From positions 1 to 36,510 of IMG/VR virus record IMGVR_UViG_3300039208_000228: DNA of 36,510 bases; one strand, 5' to 3'. Each line of letters begins with the position of its first letter. The first letter of the stretch is position 1. Below the pieces are notes generated by a model. That model worked only from the letters and a program-made list of their open reading frames with translations, was not told where the DNA came from and ran no database searches. Positions 33,610 through 36,510 of the stretch are shown here, one piece after another. Position numbers and translations under genes: made by a program. The stretch is from a virus (lineage: Duplodnaviria; Caudoviricetes).

Positions 33610-34534
33610 AGCAATACTGATTCATCACACCGCAGGTAATGAATCCTCGATGAATGTTCTGAGGAATGTCTTCAAATCCAGATTCGGAGTCAATTATGTT
33701 GGTTACAACAGGGTTATTTTTCCTGATGGTTCAGTTCATTCTGACATTGGTGACAATGGTTTTGGTGTTCACAATGCAACCGGCAAGTACCAGAATTACA
33801 ACTCAGTTGGTATTAGTCTTGTCGGTAACTTTTCTAATAGACTTCCTGGTGATAAGCAGCTTAATGCTTTACGCAGCGAAATAGATCGACTCAGAGAGAA
33901 ATACAACCTTGGCAGAGAACGAGTATTTGGGCATCGGGACCTAAAGAGCACTGCCTGTCCTGGCGCCAAGCTCTATGCCTGGGTAGAGAAGTACAAGAGA
34001 GGAGAGGCTATGGATTGTAAAGACGAGCGGATCAATGCTCGGGCTGATGCCATGCGCTTTGCTTGGGAATCCTGGTATCCAGGAGGCAAGGTCACTATGG
34101 CTTCTATTTATAAGGAAGCTCGGGAAATTGATGAAGGTAAGCTAAAGCAGAAAGATTTGATTAATCGATGGCGAGACAACTCTCTAGCCAAGCGGTACTA
34201 TATTAAGCGGAGTGACTATACAAAGAGAGTTAATGAATTAAAGAAAGAAGTAACGGCAGCTGACAAAAAAATAGCCAAGCTCAATCAAGCGGTCGGTGAT
34301 TTGAGCGAACAGCTGCTTAAATGTCAGGAGGAAAAAATGGCAAAAACAAATGGAATGAAGCCTGGAGTACGGACTTCAGAATTCTGGATGACACTCGGTG
34401 CAGTCGTCGTTGGTGTATTGATTCAGTTCGATATCTTTGGCGACCTTGGTGCCGTTAATGATGCTCTAGTTTTCTTAGCTCAGGTTCTCGCAACCATGGG
34501 CTACACCTACTCTCGAGGTATCGCTAAAGGCTAG
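33581..34534 (+). CDS. Endolysin: N-acetylmuramoyl-L-alanine amidase (Amidase_2) fused to a coiled coil and a C-terminal two-TM holin-like domain
   Basis: ILIHHTAG, VGYN..I.PDG, NSVGISLVGNF and VFGHRDLKSTACPG (His/His/Cys Zn ligands); C-terminal KPGVRTSEFW...GYTYSRGIAK. Confidence 0.88.
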   Translation: MRLSNRKTTEAILIHHTAGNESSMNVLRNVFKSRFGVNYVGYNRVIFPDGSVHSDIGDNGFGVHNATGKYQNYNSVGISLVGNFSNRLPGDKQLNALRSEIDRLREKYNLGRERVFGHRDLKSTACPGAKLYAWVEKYKRGEAMDCKDERINARADAMRFAWESWYPGGKVTMASIYKEAREIDEGKLKQKDLINRWRDNSLAKRYYIKRSDYTKRVNELKKEVTAADKKIAKLNQAVGDLSEQLLKCQEEKMAKTNGMKPGVRTSEFWMTLGAVVVGVLIQFDIFGDLGAVNDALVFLAQVLATMGYTYSRGIAKG

Positions 34535-34572
34535 ATTTTTCTAGGCAAATCTGGTAATATCTCTCGGTTCAG

Positions 34573-34845
34573 GTGGGGAGAAAGGTATGCATGAATCCCA
34601 CCACCGTAGTTTATGTTGAAGAGGGCAAAAGCTTTCCCGATGTTGACGAATGCTATTGGAAGATCGAAGCTACTTTAGACCAAGCTGGTATTATTAAATT
34701 CCGTAAATTAAAGCAACACTGGCAAACTCGTTATCTGAAGAAGGGACGTATTCCCAAAAACTTTATTCCTCAGGTAATTGATTTTGCTGATTTCCCAAGT
34801 CATTATCTTTGGTCACCACTTGGAGTAAAGAAGCCTTGGATTTGA
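34573..34845 (+). CDS. Hypothetical protein
   Basis: 90-aa ORF; probable ATG start at 34591. Confidence 0.55.
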   Translation: MGRKVCMNPTTVVYVEEGKSFPDVDECYWKIEATLDQAGIIKFRKLKQHWQTRYLKKGRIPKNFIPQVIDFADFPSHYLWSPLGVKKPWI

Positions 34846-34879
34846 CAACCTCGACAATTAGCGTAGTATCAGTTACGAT
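34842..34879 (+). promoter_or_regulatory. Tandem sigma70-type promoters
   Basis: TTGACA(34842)-N16-TAGTAT(34864)CAGT and TCGACA(34851)-N17-TACGAT(34874). Confidence 0.75.
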
Positions 34880-34913
34880 ATGCTATTGAATTTAATATTC
34901 ATATCCGGAAACT

Positions 34914-34946
34914 AGCCCACGTCTCGCAAGAGGCAGGGCTTTTTTT
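34914..34946 (+). terminator. Intrinsic terminator in leader
   Basis: AGCCC/GGGCT outer stem, GTCTC-GCAA-GAGGC inner stem with GNRA loop, then T7. Confidence 0.75.
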
Positions 34947-34959
34947 CGTTTGGCGTATC

Positions 34960-35315
34960 TTCATCGGGAGTATTAGCCTTTAACCGATAGACCGGGACTG
35001 GGACGACCATTTCCCAGCGACAGCGAGGCGAGGGTACGACTTACTGGCTCGACTGTTCGGCTACAGCGACAGCTGATAGTTCTAGATCAACCGCAAGGAT
35101 GGCAACCTTGATCCTTGGCGTTCCTATTCTGTAATGCCCAGGTTTAACAAACAATTAGGTGGGGAAAGCATCAAGTTCTTAACAACCCTTTAGGAGGGGT
35201 TCGGAAGGAACTAAGACACTCTTTTGTTGATCGATAGTGCTCCTTGGTGCTCTAGACAATAATCCTATATGCATATTCTAACGGGGGTAATAGCTAGTAG
35301 GAACGGATTGTCTAA
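34960..35315 (+). ncRNA. Candidate structured non-coding RNA or replication origin
   Basis: No ORF of 60 aa or more; at least seven hand-identified stems, several with G-U pairs on the + strand. Confidence 0.35.
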
Positions 35316-35426
35316 AGGGGTCGTGTATGGCTTAGAAGTAAGGAAACGGAACGGTTGAGAGGAAGGAGTAATTCAATCTAGGAGAGGGACAGGTGGGGAG
35401 TATTTCTATTAGTAGGAGGACTCAAC

Positions 35427-35651
35427 ATGTCCGATTTGGAAACTAAAGTTTTGAAGTTTGTTGTCGAGAACCGTAACAACAGAGACTTCATTGATAGCTT
35501 GAATGATATTACTTTTCGACACACAACTAAGTATGAACTTTGGCGAGCTAGGCAGGCAGACATTGATCGTGCGATGACTAGTATTGCCGATGAGATGATT
35601 AAGAATCAGCCTGAGCAACCACCGTTGCCAACCCTTGAGGAGCAATTATGA
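35427..35651 (+). CDS. Hypothetical protein
   Basis: AGGAGG SD 7 nt before the ATG; 74 aa. Confidence 0.75.
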   Translation: MSDLETKVLKFVVENRNNRDFIDSLNDITFRHTTKYELWRARQADIDRAMTSIADEMIKNQPEQPPLPTLEEQL

Positions 35652-35824
35652 TTAACGCAATCCTTCATAGAATTATTCAAAGAGAGCGAACCATTACTAG
35701 AATTTTGATTTCGAGAATAGTTGAGAAGCTGGGTTAATTCCCCGCTTATGGCTGGTATCAAAAAGGAATAAACCCTCCTTGTGAGGCTCTACCGAGTTAC
35801 TCACGTTTTTGTTACCAGTCGCAA

Positions 35825-36439
35825 ATGGAGAGTTATATGTCTAAAGACTTTGCCAAACGATTCGGCTTTGAGAAGTTTTGGGAGAAGAAAGCGATGAAGA
35901 AAAAAGAAGACATGGATACGCAGGAGTTCAATCGAGCAATGCGTCCTCATGCAGAAAAAATATATAAGCACGTCTTTCCAGGAACAGTTGGAGTTCGTTG
36001 GATGTTGGAAACAACCTTCGAAGAACAGAATGCAAGCCAAAGGTTCTTAGATAACAAGTGTCATATTGATGCAATCATTACTCATGAGAACGGTAATGAG
36101 ATGACTATCCAAGAAAAGTTTTTGAGAGATAGTGGCTGGGATACGGTAACAATTGAGCATAGTTCCAAGAGAGCTAACGGTGAGTGGTTCGCTCCTTATG
36201 CTCATTGGCTAGCGCAAGGCTATGGTGATCCTTCGACCGGCTTCACTAAGTTTTGGGTGATTAACCAGCCTTATCTCTACTATGCAATTCAGACTGGGAA
36301 GTTACCTGAGCAGTTTAACCAGAATGAGAAGTTCAGTGACGATAAGTTTTGGTACTGCAAGATTGAAGAAGTGCAGGAGAAGGTTCCTGAAGCAGTATTT
36401 TTTTTCTGGGAATCAGATGTAGCAAGATTGGAGTTATGA
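35825..36439 (+). CDS. Putative PD-(D/E)XK-superfamily nuclease-like protein
   Basis: HIDAII...MTIQEKFLR...DTVTIE pattern; alternative ATG at 35837; stop overlaps the ATG of the first gene in the terminal repeat. Confidence 0.55.
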   Translation: MESYMSKDFAKRFGFEKFWEKKAMKKKEDMDTQEFNRAMRPHAEKIYKHVFPGTVGVRWMLETTFEEQNASQRFLDNKCHIDAIITHENGNEMTIQEKFLRDSGWDTVTIEHSSKRANGEWFAPYAHWLAQGYGDPSTGFTKFWVINQPYLYYAIQTGKLPEQFNQNEKFSDDKFWYCKIEEVQEKVPEAVFFFWESDVARLEL

Positions 36440-36509
36440 ATATGGAAGTACTATATATAGCGGTAATAGCACTGTTTGCTGGTTACTTTATATTACTGTT
36501 TATGGTGAA
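36412..36509. repeat. Terminal direct repeat, right copy
   Basis: Identical to 1-98; base 36510 (a) differs from base 99 (t). Confidence 0.97.
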
Positions 36510-36510
36510 A

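Noticed and set aside
34947-35426. CRISPR mini-array, or group I/II intron
   Set aside because: There is only one 10-bp repeat pair, no regular repeat-spacer periodicity, no convincing intron core motifs and no interrupted gene.
36412-36510. 98-bp repeat as a biological terminal repeat or att site
   Set aside because: It falls inside coding sequence, its length is typical of an assembler k-mer overlap, and the terminase is of a headful type. It is better read as a circularisation overlap.

Overview
This window is almost certainly a complete, circular or circularly permuted tailed-phage genome of about 36,411 bp. Bases 1-98 are repeated exactly at 36412-36509, and the last ORF overlaps the first across the junction. 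Nearly all genes are on the + strand. Gene order: small early genes with a probable ssDNA-annealing protein; an accessory block (RsbW/SpoIIAB-like HATPase, HNH protein, calcineurin-like phosphoesterase, DUF4406-like protein, anticodon-less tRNA-like element); CHAP hydrolase and NinG-like nuclease; terminase; podovirus-type head, tail and ejection genes; lysis genes; and a structured non-coding region of about 580 bp. The standout is a glycan system of about 8.4 kb (about 23% of the genome) that surrounds the terminase genes and runs up to the portal. It has four nucleotide-sugar enzymes (RmlC-like cupin, Gmd, a second SDR, and a His-type ColD/RfbH-like 3-dehydrase lacking the Fe-S cysteines) plus six glycosyltransferases. 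The best-fitting interpretation is self-encoded virion glycosylation with a rare, possibly 3,6-dideoxy, sugar. Also notable: a CUG-initiated terminase large subunit, an amidase-holin fusion ORF with internal start sites, repeated promoter-leader-terminator units, and no recognisable replication, integrase or repressor genes. All family assignments come from reading motifs by eye; no database search was run.
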